From: a virus
IMG/VR virus record: IMGVR_UViG_3300024983_000001
Span: 1 to 64,000 of that record
Length of the DNA stretch: 64,000 nt
Direction: 5' to 3' (one strand)
Below the pieces are notes generated by a model. It was given only the letters and a program-made list of their open reading frames with translations, did no database searches and was not told the DNA's origin. Shown piece by piece: positions 43,477 through 54,841 of the stretch; position 1 is the first letter of the stretch, and the number at the start of each line of letters is the position of its first letter. The translations under genes and the position numbers were made by a program.

Positions 43477-43614
43477 TATTATATCCTTTGTGTGTTATAT
43501 GTTATATGTTATATGAACAGACGAATGTTATTATTGTATGGTATATCCTTCATAAAGTCAACACATAAAAACAAAAAGGAGACCGAAGTCTCCTTTTAAT
43601 AGTGCAAAGTGGTA

Positions 43615-44067
43615 TTAAAGTGTGCCGTAAGGAACGTAAGTACCAGTTGGTTGTGGAGTCGATGAAGCGTGTGGAGTCATCGAGATTGGAAGACCAAAAC
43701 CATCTTTAGGATTTACAACACCACCACAGAAATCGAGCTTGCCATCAGCAGGAGTCGTATCTACCGTTGGGGCAACAAAGTGTTGATCCATAGGCAAACC
43801 AAAACCTGTGTGGTTTGGATCAAATGTAGCTGCTGCAACAACTTCTGGCCAAGCTTCTGCAAGTGTATCACTAACAACATATGTGGTACCTGGATGAGCT
43901 GCAACGAAAGCTGCATCAACCGTATCACCTAATGCATAAGCAGCGCAACCAGGGTGAGCTGGAACAACTGCCACCACTGCAACTGGAGCAGGTTGTGTTC
44001 CTGCCGAACCACCAAATGGGGTAGGAACTGTTTCTGTTAAACCAAAACCATCTTTAAATGTAGCCAT
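43615..44067 (-). CDS. Hypothetical Pro/Ala/Thr-rich protein, probably virion-associated
   Basis: Three (KD)GFGL repeats; AAGGAG RBS; terminator at ~43574-43597. Confidence 0.55.
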   Translation of the reverse strand: MATFKDGFGLTETVPTPFGGSAGTQPAPVAVVAVVPAHPGCAAYALGDTVDAAFVAAHPGTTYVVSDTLAEAWPEVVAAATFDPNHTGFGLPMDQHFVAPTVDTTPADGKLDFCGGVVNPKDGFGLPISMTPHASSTPQPTGTYVPYGTL

Positions 44068-44605
44068 TATAAATCTCCTTAAAATAGAAAACGGGTATGT
44101 CGTACTTCATAGAGAGTATTTGTGTAATTGGGTAATTTAAATGAACTTTTACATAGTAATGTATTGTGACTGCGCTTTTTTTGTTTGAAGCACGCCAATA
44201 CACTTACCTGTAATGAAACCATTAATCCAATCGGGTGATTTTTCTTTAAATGCAGTTGTCGCCATTATGGCTTCTGCAACCACCACATCGGGAATATTGG
44301 GGTATTTGGCTTTTAAAGAGCTTATAATTTCAGGTACTCCCTTACCACTATCTCGAAGATGTGCTGCAAAGGCAACAAACTCTCCATATTCAACACACAT
44401 CGTTGCTTCCTGGGGGGTAATTTTTGTGGAGTTGGGTTGTACAGCGAAAGTTGCTGTTGGTAGTATGACTAATAGTAAAACAGCAAATAGTTTTTTCATA
44501 ATTATTCTCCTGCGTGAGTGTGATATTCTTATATATTACTCAACCGAGAGACGATTTGCATTAATTAAGATACAAAACAAAAGGGGCCATTTAGCGGCCC
44601 CCTTT

Positions 44606-45127
44606 TTATACTAACGTTGCAGATAAGGTGTAATACAGATCAGATAACGTGGAATCGGCACTACCTGGCGCATCCAACGACAAAACATCGCCGGGGGCGA
44701 ACGACGTTGCAGAGGCAAATGTAAAGGTAGCTGTAGCACTTGCTGCCGCAAAATTTACTGTACCAATAGAAGATCCATTCTTCTTAATAGTGAAACTGCT
44801 TAAAGCGGTGGCTGCTGCATTAGCTTTGCAGAAACTACCCGTCAATCCCACAGGAAGCGTGAACGCTCTTGGGGCAACAAAACGAAGAATGGTGGCACCA
44901 GCGCCCGGCTTTCCAACCGTTCCGCTTGCAAGGTCATATATCTTGCTTCGTGTATCAGCAGTATTTGCTGTTGTTTGTGCAGTAGCAGCAGCAGTAACAG
45001 CAGTATTTGCTGTTGTTTGTGCTGTAGTAACCGAAACACCAATACCACCCGGTGTGCTATCTGCTGCAAGATTAACGGTAACGGATGGGGTATCCAAAAC
45101 GGTTGGATTAACTTTTGTGAGTGACAT
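44606..45127 (-). CDS. Putative virion/tail-associated protein
   Basis: TAQTTANTA repeat, beta-rich C-terminus, late promoter at ~45160. Confidence 0.55.
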   Translation of the reverse strand: MSLTKVNPTVLDTPSVTVNLAADSTPGGIGVSVTTAQTTANTAVTAAATAQTTANTADTRSKIYDLASGTVGKPGAGATILRFVAPRAFTLPVGLTGSFCKANAAATALSSFTIKKNGSSIGTVNFAAASATATFTFASATSFAPGDVLSLDAPGSADSTLSDLYYTLSATLV

Positions 45128-45167
45128 ATTACATTCTCCTAATTAACACTTTGTATCTATATTTATG

Positions 45168-45665
45168 TTATAGAGGGGTAATACCAAGTTTTTGTAGTTG
45201 GTTTAATGTTTTGGGCCAGGTGCGATGTAAAATGCCGATGCCTCCTTGTGCCTTCCATTGAGCGATATTGTCATTACGATCATCTATTAGAATAGCATTT
45301 GGCTCTGCATATCGTTGTTTATCTGCTGATCTGCACACAATTACAGGAACGTTTCTACCGAGATGTTCAGCACACCATAATTGTTTCTGTTGTGCTCCAT
45401 TTTCGGATGCTGGTAACCCTGTCAAAATCGTAGGATTCCAACCCTTAATGTAATTCCACAAATTTCTGCCTTCTGGGATCCAATCAAGAGTTTGAAAAAA
45501 GTTGGGAATGCTATAAATGGCATTCCACATATCCTTTTTGGACTGTTCATGGGGATATTTGCCTGTTAATTTCTTAACACCCCTTTCAAAATCAGCAAGA
45601 ACACCATCCAAGTCACAATATATTTTGTATTGTGAATTTTCAAACAACTCACGCAATTTCATCAC
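45168..45665 (-). CDS. HAD-family 5'(3')-deoxyribonucleotidase-like protein
   Basis: DLDGVLADF, ILT, K..W, LIDDR..N..W...GG.GI. Confidence 0.85.
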   Translation of the reverse strand: MMKLRELFENSQYKIYCDLDGVLADFERGVKKLTGKYPHEQSKKDMWNAIYSIPNFFQTLDWIPEGRNLWNYIKGWNPTILTGLPASENGAQQKQLWCAEHLGRNVPVIVCRSADKQRYAEPNAILIDDRNDNIAQWKAQGGIGILHRTWPKTLNQLQKLGITPL

Positions 45666-45944
45666 TTACTTCCTGCTTGCACTAACAACGCTTTGATTTC
45701 TTTTGCTCGTGCGCGAGTAGCACCTGTACCCAAATCTGCTGTTACTCCAACGCTATCTCCCACAACACGAATTTCGTATTTGGCTTTACGTTCTTCGATG
45801 ACGTAGACGAGTCTGTCATCTCCCGAAAGTTTATCATCATACACATAGAAATGTTTGTTGATGTATGTTTCTACTTTACGCGAAAATGTTTTAGGAGCCG
45901 AGGCCTCGGTAACCACCTTTTGCAGTATATCTTGTAATTTCATC

Positions 45945-46580
45945 TTAATTTCCTGTCCAACTTACAATAATTGCACCTGTTGTTCCTGGGCAACCGGAAT
46001 CGTCACCACAGTTAAAGTTATAACATCCGGTAGTGCCGCCGCCACCTGATCCATTTCCTGTTGGTAAAATTGATGTTGATGTACCACCAACACCATAAAT
46101 GTTTCCAGGGCCGCAGCCGCCGCCATGGCCGCCTGTACCATTTGTTCCTGGTTGGCCATTCGGAACACCACCAGGGCCGCCGGTCCCCCCTTCATATCTT
46201 ACAGATTTTCCTGGCCCACCGCCTGTTGATGTAAAGCCTGCAAATGTAGTGTCACCGCCCGTGCGGGCAGGATAATCTGTTCCAATTGGTCGGTAATGTC
46301 CACCTTCCCCACGTTTTCCAATAGTGTATGGAATTACTTGGCCGGGTGTTACACTAATTGTTTCAACACGCCAGCCACCACCTCCACCACCTGCTCCACC
46401 TGTACAACCATCCTGTTCACCTCCACCACCTCCACCTCCACCAATAATAGTTACTGTAATCGTGTATACGCCGGCAGGCACCGTAAAGGTGCTCGAATAA
46501 TCTACTGTTGGGGTGGGATTGGTTAAGTTAACCGAGCCTGGTAATACTTGTAGTTTGTACGGTTCGATGTATACTAGCAT
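45945..46580 (-). CDS. Glycine-rich domain protein (tail/fibre-associated type)
   Basis: TFTVPAGV...GGGGGG...VTPGQ...G..G. Confidence 0.65.
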   Translation of the reverse strand: MLVYIEPYKLQVLPGSVNLTNPTPTVDYSSTFTVPAGVYTITVTIIGGGGGGGGEQDGCTGGAGGGGGGWRVETISVTPGQVIPYTIGKRGEGGHYRPIGTDYPARTGGDTTFAGFTSTGGGPGKSVRYEGGTGGPGGVPNGQPGTNGTGGHGGGCGPGNIYGVGGTSTSILPTGNGSGGGGTTGCYNFNCGDDSGCPGTTGAIIVSWTGN

Positions 46581-46595
46581 AATTAATTCCTATTC

Positions 46596-47213
46596 TTATG
46601 TTAAGCTACTTGGTTTCCACGACACAATAGCCAAATTTTGCCCATAATACTGTGATACGGGACCAGCCGAAACACCCTGTGTAACATCAGCCGTCGGAAG
46701 CAGGTGTGCTCCATAATACGATGGGTTGCTGATTTGATAGTCAGCAACGAAAAGTGCTGATATATATGGTCCACCATTAAAAGTGCCGTATCCAGCAATG
46801 GCCAATCCCTTATCATATACAGGGATGGAAGTATTTAGTGATGGGTAGTGGGCTTGTGCGGTATTGTCAGGAGGGCCCAATAATTTATCGACCGCATATA
46901 CCCCAACTACCCCAGGGGCATATGGAGAATATCCACCAAAATTTGCTACTCCTGCCACATTATTGATATAAAAAATTGAAATATCCTGATCGTATTCTAG
47001 AGGTGTAATTGATCGTATAGCAAGTGTAGCGGGCACACCATTAACCGTCATGGTGTTAGTGCCGTGTTGTTGATATCCGTTAGTGAGCAATTCTGTTACT
47101 ATAATAAGCGACTTGTATCCCACCGGAACGGTGAGACCACTGCTGTTTCCCAGAAAAAGCAAACTCGGCGCAACTATCGTTTTTTGATATGGTGGCACAT
47201 AAACAAGTGGCAT
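46596..47213 (-). CDS. Hypothetical beta-rich virion-type protein
   Basis: N-terminus LVYVPPY resembles neighbour LVYIEPY. Confidence 0.5.
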   Translation of the reverse strand: MPLVYVPPYQKTIVAPSLLFLGNSSGLTVPVGYKSLIIVTELLTNGYQQHGTNTMTVNGVPATLAIRSITPLEYDQDISIFYINNVAGVANFGGYSPYAPGVVGVYAVDKLLGPPDNTAQAHYPSLNTSIPVYDKGLAIAGYGTFNGGPYISALFVADYQISNPSYYGAHLLPTADVTQGVSAGPVSQYYGQNLAIVSWKPSSLT

Positions 47214-47221
47214 ATGTGCTC

Positions 47222-47620
47222 CTATTTCAACAATTCGACGTTGGTGTGTATGGTTATTGGATCAACTTTTGTATAACCCGATTGTACCAAGGATTTTGAT
47301 TGTACTGGCTTCCTTCCAAGTGACCTATCAAGTGACCACGTAATGTGATAAATACTACCGTCCGGCCTTTGTATTCTTCCGTTTACTTCAACTACAAGTG
47401 CTTCCAACCCCTTACCATCGTCCGCATATCCAACAACTTTAATACTTTTTGCATTTGCTGGTAATTGGACATCTGGGGAAACGCCAAAATTTAGAGTTAT
47501 GTGATGACCAACAAACTCTGGATATTTAGGTGGGAATTTTTCCGCAAGTAGTTTTCTCGACTTTTTGTCAAGCACATATGCAATATACATTTCGTTTAGT
47601 AAAAATCCTATAAAGTTCAT
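47222..47620 (-). CDS. 2H phosphoesterase-family protein
   Basis: Two HxT motifs (HHITL, YHITW). Confidence 0.7.
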   Translation of the reverse strand: MNFIGFLLNEMYIAYVLDKKSRKLLAEKFPPKYPEFVGHHITLNFGVSPDVQLPANAKSIKVVGYADDGKGLEALVVEVNGRIQRPDGSIYHITWSLDRSLGRKPVQSKSLVQSGYTKVDPITIHTNVELLK

Positions 47621-48882
47621 TTTGATAATTGCTTAATTTGTTCTTCTGCAGTATCTATGTTACTTTCCAAATCATGTATAACACACTCATCAAGATTTGG
47701 GGACTTTTTTGCGGCAGATAATTTTACTTTCATTGCTGCAATTTTTGCTTTCAGTTTCTTGATCTCTTCTGTGTTTTCTTTAGTTTCTACACCTTCATGA
47801 TAAGAACTGCGGCGACCCGAACTTTGTTTTTCATGCCAATCGTCGGACGCTGTTCTATCAGCAGTTCCTTCTCTATAACCTAAGTTATAGTATGCTGCGT
47901 TATCATACCCAAACGATTTGACGGGATCAATTTTATCAACACCTGACACACCATGCGACTTTCCCATTTTGTATGCAGCGCGTTGTCCACCGTTCATCTC
48001 CATTAGCTCATCTTCTTTAACAATCTTAAAATCAGCACGTTTGCGTTCGGCTTTAAGATCACGAAGCTTTTTATTAAGTGGGTCAGTTTCTGGAACAGTA
48101 CCACCTTTGCGCCAAATATCGTGTATTTTTAATTCCACAGCATTGATATCTTGATTAATTTCTTTTTTAGAACGACCTGCTTCCGTTACTACATTATACC
48201 CTTCATTGTGGGAGATTGCATAACCTTCCACATATTCGGCTCCATGTACTTTGTAACCTTTGTTTTTAAAATGTTTTTTGGCTTTTTCAACAGCATCAGC
48301 TTTATCACCTTTCACCCTAACAAACTTCTGCACTTGTTCCTTGCGTTTGGTAACTGCTGGATGATCAGGTTCGGATACAGTAACGGCAACACGATGATAT
48401 GGAGCATCAGCCTCCGCAACAACACCTTCAATAATGTGAGCATCAACATAATCATTTACAGCTTTTGTTGCTGCCTTATGGTCCATATTATGCATGCGTC
48501 CAAGTTGAGTAGCGGCATGACCAACTTTGTTAGCAAACCATTCAGCCCCACCACGTTTGTTATACTCAGCAATGTGCTTATCCAACAGATTTTTAATATC
48601 TGCAGTAATACTCCCTGCTGATTCATGAAGCATACCAGGCATTTTTGATTGGGATAGATTATCAAAGTGTCCCTTATCATTGCCTTCACTATCCTTTGCT
48701 GTCCAATAGTTATTATCGGAACCATCTTTTGGATGAACGGCTGAACGAACAACAAATCCTCTATCTTTAGCGGCAGCTTTCCAATCCGATAAACTGCTAT
48801 ATTTGCCACCAATAGCTTCATCAAGACGAGTTACTTTATATTTTGGATGAGGTAACATTGATTCTAAAACTTTTTTTAACAT
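47617..48882 (-). CDS. Putative internal head protein
   Basis: Charged, modular, many hydrophobic-x-E sites. Confidence 0.5.
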   Translation of the reverse strand: MLKKVLESMLPHPKYKVTRLDEAIGGKYSSLSDWKAAAKDRGFVVRSAVHPKDGSDNNYWTAKDSEGNDKGHFDNLSQSKMPGMLHESAGSITADIKNLLDKHIAEYNKRGGAEWFANKVGHAATQLGRMHNMDHKAATKAVNDYVDAHIIEGVVAEADAPYHRVAVTVSEPDHPAVTKRKEQVQKFVRVKGDKADAVEKAKKHFKNKGYKVHGAEYVEGYAISHNEGYNVVTEAGRSKKEINQDINAVELKIHDIWRKGGTVPETDPLNKKLRDLKAERKRADFKIVKEDELMEMNGGQRAAYKMGKSHGVSGVDKIDPVKSFGYDNAAYYNLGYREGTADRTASDDWHEKQSSGRRSSYHEGVETKENTEEIKKLKAKIAAMKVKLSAAKKSPNLDECVIHDLESNIDTAEEQIKQLSK

Positions 48883-48883
48883 A

Positions 48884-49243
48884 TTATTCTCCGGATGGAA
48901 GCGAATTTTGCAATCTCGTGCTTGCGTTTAAACGCTTATCGATTGAATCGAGTTCACGCTTATAACGCTCTATTAGAGCTTTATCAAGTTGTGTTTTTTG
49001 TTCTTTAAATTCTAACGCAAACAAGTTGTCTTCAATTTGTTTCTTGCGCAACCCGTCAATCATAAGACGTTGCTCAACACGCAGTTGTTTCAGTTGCGTA
49101 GTTTGATTAAGTTGTTCTTTATTAAAGTCATCAGCATGAACATACCTACCATCTATTGCAAACGCAGTCGTGATAATGACTGCGAGAGCTGAAATAGTAG
49201 ATACTCCAATTTTAACAGGATTGTTCTTGATGATGTCCATCAT
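48884..49243 (-). CDS. Single-TM coiled-coil protein
   Basis: N-terminal TM followed by coiled coil. Confidence 0.5.
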   Translation of the reverse strand: MMDIIKNNPVKIGVSTISALAVIITTAFAIDGRYVHADDFNKEQLNQTTQLKQLRVEQRLMIDGLRKKQIEDNLFALEFKEQKTQLDKALIERYKRELDSIDKRLNASTRLQNSLPSGE

Positions 49244-49245
49244 TC

Positions 49246-50922
49246 TTAGTCCTTTGTTTTAGTAGCGTGTGCTTTAACTTCCCTAAATTTGTCCATTAAG
49301 TTGGATTTTGAAACGGGATTAGCGTAATCAAACGACATAAACTTCCACACTTCCTTTGGTATCAACACCTTTTGGGGACCTTCGAGTGAGGTCAATAGAA
49401 TACCAATCTTCTTCATAGAATATTCACACCCCTTGTCCATCAACTCAAGAATATTAGCCATTACTTGAATCGCCCCATTCATGTTAATGATTTCTTGCTC
49501 CTGACTTGGGAGATGAGATGTATATTTGATTTCGGCTTCCAATTCTTTAATTTTGTCTTTAAGAGATTTTGTAACGGCGGCGGGAATCTTGGCAGTTTCT
49601 ACCTTCTCTTCCTTTTCATCCTTAACAGCATCACCAAAATCAACAACTTTAATTTCTGATTCATCCAGTTTTTCAAACTGGTCTTTTGAAATCTCTTTAA
49701 CAGACACAGAAATCATTCTATCATGAAGTGTTTTAACTTTAGCCTCTGCTTCTTCATTGGACGGAGCCTTAATAACACCCTTTTCAAAATGTTCTTGAGT
49801 ATCGTCACTTTTATCTTCCCATGAGTATTCATAGGAGAAATATTTAGACTCAGACATTGAGGAATAATCATCAACACTCTCTTTGACACCACTGTCTTTA
49901 GCAGCTTTGCCAAGTTTGACGCTATTTTTCAACCGATCAACCAAACGCTTCTGTTTCGCAACTTCATAACGCATATCATCAACAGCATCATTTTCTTTTT
50001 CGGTACGGGCAGCACTCATCATGGAACTCAAATCTTCCTCCATCTCTTTGAATTTGGCTACTTCAGCTTTCAGTTCTGCTTCTTTATCTGCAGATTCTTT
50101 AACGGTTTGTGCAGCGTAAACGGATCCAACTGCACCATCCCATTCACCCACATCTTTACCATCAACAACACAGGCACCAATATCTATATCACCACGGAAC
50201 GAACAACCGGGATGTGCCTTCTTACAAGCAGCTTTCCAGCTACCATAGGATTGATATTCGCGGTCACCCATGTGATTCTTGGCTTCCTGCATACCTTCGT
50301 CGCCTTCTTCCTCTTCGTCAGACTCTTCTTCATTGTCCTTTTCTTGAGCAGCAGCAAGTTCTTTTACAGCACTCTCGACCTTTTTGATCTTTGCTGTAAC
50401 CGTTGTATCGTTTGCATCTTTTGTTCCCTCGTCAGCATCGTCCTTCTCTTGATCCTTCTTGATTTGGGCAACATCCTTTTTAAGCTGTTCAATATCCTTG
50501 TCCACAGCGACATCATTTTCATCAGCATCGTCATCACCTTCTCTTAACAAGGTTGTTCCGAAATAAGCAGCGATGATCTTACGTGCTTCTTTATCGGTGG
50601 TAACTTCGAACACTACGTCACGGCAAGCCGTATCCATATGCGCCCATGCTTTTGCTGCAGCGGCTTGACGACCGCTTGCAACAAGTCCTAAAATTGAATC
50701 ATAATCTTCAGCATCACGTTCATATGTTTTGCGGAGATTGGGGCTTTTAACTTCAGAAGCATCCTTCTCGCACTGACGAACTGCTTTACGAACAGCCAAT
50801 TTAACAGTAGCTACTTCTGGTGAATTTTTTGCAAAATCAACAGCCGCTTTTTCTTCCGCCTCAACCACGTTTGCCGACTCGGTTAAACCAGCAAGTTTCA
50901 AGAATTCTTGTTTGACGTTCAT
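49246..50922 (-). CDS. Putative internal head/core protein
   Basis: Acidic coiled coils, repeated xxES sites, TATAAATA at ~50955-50962. Confidence 0.55.
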   Translation of the reverse strand: MNVKQEFLKLAGLTESANVVEAEEKAAVDFAKNSPEVATVKLAVRKAVRQCEKDASEVKSPNLRKTYERDAEDYDSILGLVASGRQAAAAKAWAHMDTACRDVVFEVTTDKEARKIIAAYFGTTLLREGDDDADENDVAVDKDIEQLKKDVAQIKKDQEKDDADEGTKDANDTTVTAKIKKVESAVKELAAAQEKDNEEESDEEEEGDEGMQEAKNHMGDREYQSYGSWKAACKKAHPGCSFRGDIDIGACVVDGKDVGEWDGAVGSVYAAQTVKESADKEAELKAEVAKFKEMEEDLSSMMSAARTEKENDAVDDMRYEVAKQKRLVDRLKNSVKLGKAAKDSGVKESVDDYSSMSESKYFSYEYSWEDKSDDTQEHFEKGVIKAPSNEEAEAKVKTLHDRMISVSVKEISKDQFEKLDESEIKVVDFGDAVKDEKEEKVETAKIPAAVTKSLKDKIKELEAEIKYTSHLPSQEQEIINMNGAIQVMANILELMDKGCEYSMKKIGILLTSLEGPQKVLIPKEVWKFMSFDYANPVSKSNLMDKFREVKAHATKTKD

Positions 50923-51036
50923 GTATTTCTCCTAAATTATGAATCTTTATCAACTATTTATAACAGAACGCATTATGCAAACACTTTTAATAGAAAAAGG
51001 CTAACCGAAGTTAGCCTTTTTGTGTGGTGGAACAGA

Positions 51037-52161
51037 TTACTCGATTTCTTGTGCGGGCTCTTCGTCTTTAATACCAAACATTTCGAGGTTTTTGATTGCG
51101 AATGCTTTGTAATCATTTGCCTTTTCGAGAAATAGATTCATTTTCAACGAAAACAGTCCATCATTCACACTCTGACCTTTGATTGCATAATCTTTACGAG
51201 ACAGGTCCTTGTTTTCAGCATGGAAAGCTTCAACAGTCTTGATCATCGCATCAAACTTATGCACAACCTTGTTCTCCATTGCAGTAATCATCCCAAGAGC
51301 AACAGGATCGTCAGCAAACAACGAACGCAGGTCATCCGACGTCTCGTTGATAACACACTCAAACAACCGGCGAGGAGTGTTGATCGAGTCTTTGGTGTGA
51401 TGAAGCACGAGGTATTTGTTAGTCTTGCGCTTGAATGCGAGACCACTCTTCATCAAAAATACAAACCCTTCAATATCTTCTACCATCGTGGGTACGGCAT
51501 CAACGAATGCTATGGGATCATCAGTTTGGATCTTTTCAATAACACGATCTGCCTCAAACTCACTGACCACTTCGTCATACTGCATAAACCCACCCGTCAT
51601 ATAGCTACGGCAATTCAAAACCTTTAGATGGGGGTTCGCATATCCGATCACAATTCTGTGAACCGGGCTGCACCACTCCAAATTAACTGTATATCCACGC
51701 AAGGTGAGTAATTTCAAATCTTCACGAAATGTGTCATTTACCGATTTTTTCAGCCAATCCATAGCAGCAATGCACTGCTCGGAAGATATGGAACCTTTTG
51801 ATTTCAACTTTAGCTCATCATCTTCCATATAAGTTGACATGAGACTGCCGTCTGCTTTCAGCAAAATCTGATCAACTTGAGTCAAGTCAAGATTCATTGT
51901 AAATGGGTTTTCACAAAAATTGAAAAATTTGGGCATTGGTAACGCCTTGATTTCAATAGGATTCCCATCCATATCTACTTCAAACATCACTCCCCGCGCC
52001 TCGAGTGCGCCTGGCTGTAGGAAGTCGGTGTATGATGCAAGTCGATAGTTAAAAATCCGCAGCGTGCGCGCCCCAGAGTAGAAGTCTTTAAAATAAAAGG
52101 CATCGTTTATTGCGACAAGCCCCATTAATTCATTAAAGAGAGAACTTTGAAAAGTATTCAT
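51037..52161 (-). CDS. rnlA: RNA ligase 1 (T4 RnlA-like)
   Basis: IFNYRLASY.DF, EARG.MF, PMPKFFN..ENP, KADGSL, EGFV. Confidence 0.9.
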   Translation of the reverse strand: MNTFQSSLFNELMGLVAINDAFYFKDFYSGARTLRIFNYRLASYTDFLQPGALEARGVMFEVDMDGNPIEIKALPMPKFFNFCENPFTMNLDLTQVDQILLKADGSLMSTYMEDDELKLKSKGSISSEQCIAAMDWLKKSVNDTFREDLKLLTLRGYTVNLEWCSPVHRIVIGYANPHLKVLNCRSYMTGGFMQYDEVVSEFEADRVIEKIQTDDPIAFVDAVPTMVEDIEGFVFLMKSGLAFKRKTNKYLVLHHTKDSINTPRRLFECVINETSDDLRSLFADDPVALGMITAMENKVVHKFDAMIKTVEAFHAENKDLSRKDYAIKGQSVNDGLFSLKMNLFLEKANDYKAFAIKNLEMFGIKDEEPAQEIE

Positions 52162-52196
52162 AAATAATATCAATCCGATTAGAAGGAGTAGTATTC

Positions 52197-53060
52197 ATGA
52201 TACATCACATATACAAAATAGTCAACAATGTTAATAATAAGGTTTACATAGGTTACACGTCAAGAAAAAGACCAATTGATAGGTGGAAGGCACATATCAG
52301 AGATTCGGTTAAATTGGATAGGCCGTTATATAGAGCTATGCGTAAATATGGTGTAGATAACTTTTCGTTCGTGTTAATATATTGCTCGAAGGATGGGGAA
52401 CATGCACTAAAAACTATGGAAACATTGTTTATTACCACGTTCCATTCCTTTATAACAGATCATGGGTATAATCTCACGCTAGGTGGCGAGTCTAATTATG
52501 GTTGGGTGCCATCATACGAACTAAAGCAGCTGTGGTCACGCCAAAGATCGGGCAGAAAATTAACAGAAGGGCACAAGAAAAAAATAAGTGTGAGTGGAAG
52601 GAAAAGGTATGAAGATAATCCGGGGTTGAAACTTTTTTATAGAGACCTTGCGTTGGCCAACGGAACACGCCCCCCAGCACCCACTCCAGAATCGTGGGCA
52701 AAAAGCGCACTTTCACGAACTGGGAAGCATATTCATACACAAGAACATCGCAATAAATTATCAACTGCTTTTTTGGATACGGACCACCCCTTCAAGCAGC
52801 CAGAAATTATAGAAAAACGTAAACAGGTGTGGATGGAGACGGGGAGAGGTGTAGGAGCTAAAAACGGAAATGCAGTATTTGCTCAGGTAGTTGACCCCGA
52901 TGGTTTGACTGTGGGCGAGGGGTTTTTGAAAGATGTGTGTGAAAAAATCAACGCACCATTCAACAAATTTTTAGCAGCCTCCAGACACCAGAAACCGTTA
53001 GAACGCGGTCTATGGAAAGGTTGGAAAATTCGCCGAATTAACAAACACGAAGTATCTTGA
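52197..53060 (+). mobile_element. Free-standing GIY-YIG homing endonuclease (Seg-like)
   Basis: IYKIVNNVNNKVYIG, RW..H, LYRAMRKYG, GYNLT.GG, NUMOD3-like segments; CATAAATA at 52159 overlaps the rnlA start codon. Confidence 0.85.
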
Positions 53061-53061
53061 T

Positions 53062-54841
53062 TTACTTCGCGGCTTCTTGCTCCAACTTAGATGATTCAGA
53101 CTTCCAATCATCGTTACGAATGCCTTTATCAGTTGCTTTTTGAAGCTCTTTAACTGCGTACTCAATAGCTTCCTCGTACTGTGCCCACGCATCTTCCATG
53201 GAGGGGGTAGGACGCTGTACATCGGCAACTTCGTATGCTCTATGAACCAAGTCCAAAGCGTTTGCCCAATTGTGATCTTCGTCTTGGGCACCCTTCTTAA
53301 TTAATTTTTTGACTTGTGTCATTTGCTTATATGGAACAGCATCAGACATTTCTTGTTCAAATAATTCTTGCAGTTTCATTTTACAGTTCTCGCAAATTTG
53401 ATAGCATTCTTTTTTTCTTCAACTTTATCAGCGGCGTCTCGCGGTGTAAAGAAAAATTGATTCATCTTCTTATCACCTTTGAACACCTGCCAGGACGACT
53501 CATCCGTATTTAAACGGATTTCACAATTGTTAACAATCATGGGTGCCGACTCGTTTACAAATTCAGTAAATGTCATGTATGTGTATGAACTCCATACTGT
53601 GCACGAGCCCACGCAGCCGCTTCCTTCTTCGCCGCAGGTTTACCATCAGCGTTTTTGAATTTAACAGAATGAACCTTGTTATCATCAAGGTAAACATCGT
53701 AGGACCAATCCTTGTTATTGAGGAAGATGTCGTAAGCGCCGCGCTTAATGTGGGATTCTGTAACGTCTCCTCCCTCTAATTCAGAAATTTCTTTTTTAAT
53801 TGCGCGAAGATCATTTTCCGCATCAGCAATATCGTCTTCGTCTCCGTCGATGAGTGCAGCATTTAATGCCTTTTTTGCTGCATCACGTTCGATGTAGAGA
53901 TTGCGAAGTCTGTTGGATTTTTGGTGCTCGTCTTGACGGGATTCAAACAAATCAGCAAGTTTCATTGTTTAAACTCCTGTTAAGTATTTTGCTTTGAATT
54001 CAGGATACATCATCCTATTCAAATCGTTTGTTAGGTCTTTCTTCAACTTGGCATTACCACCCACAATATTTTGTAATGTGGCATAATCAAATGCGCCGGC
54101 AGCATAGGCATCTTTGGCGGTCATATTGTTTTGATCACGATCCATCTTCCAACGAGCTGCGTGTTCTGGATAATCTTTTAACGCACGTTGATATACTTGA
54201 CCAGGGAAGCGGGATGGTCCCGTAATTGAAGCGCTGTCACGAGCCCGAAGATCATTACGTTCTACAAACGCCTCGATTTCGTTTGCGAACACGTCAATCA
54301 TATCAAATTTCAAGTTTTCTTCCCCGCCAGCAATGTTAACCATGCGAACATCACCACGATCGGGATTGTCTTGCCGGTTTGCGCCCACCATGAACGCCTT
54401 TTTAATATCATCACCCATACTATATCCGTAGTATACCTGTTCGGTTGTTGGTGCTGATACTTTGTACACGACAAAATCGGTATAATTTTCTGTTAAAGTT
54501 ACAATTTCAGCAAGTTTCATATTAAATCCTTCTACTATTTTAAATATTTATGCCGTAGACTTGATAAAATTGTGAAAACGACTAATAGCACCCTTTAAAG
54601 TTGGCGCAGTATCATACGCTCTGTGTGTATTGGTAATATATGTAACTTTTCCACTATCATCAACACTTTTCCAGACAGCAGGGGAAGCACCGTGACCGTT
54701 GTTCATGTGCCAAACTGCCTTTCTGTCCATACATTCAGCACGTTCTTCTGGCGTTAGAGGAACTTTATTTTTCTTGAGTTTCTTGAAGTGACTCATCTTT
54801 TCAATAAGAAACTCTTCTGTCAAAATTTCACTTAACTTCAT
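53062..54841 (-). CDS. Five small late proteins with shared N-terminal leader (53062-53379, 53376-53576, 53573-53965, 53969-54520, 54548-54841)
   Basis: Starts MKLQELFE, MTFTEFVNE, MKLADLFE, MKLAEIVTLTE, MKLSEILTE; 53969-54520 has GIY-YIG-like VVYKV...YYG. Confidence 0.65.
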
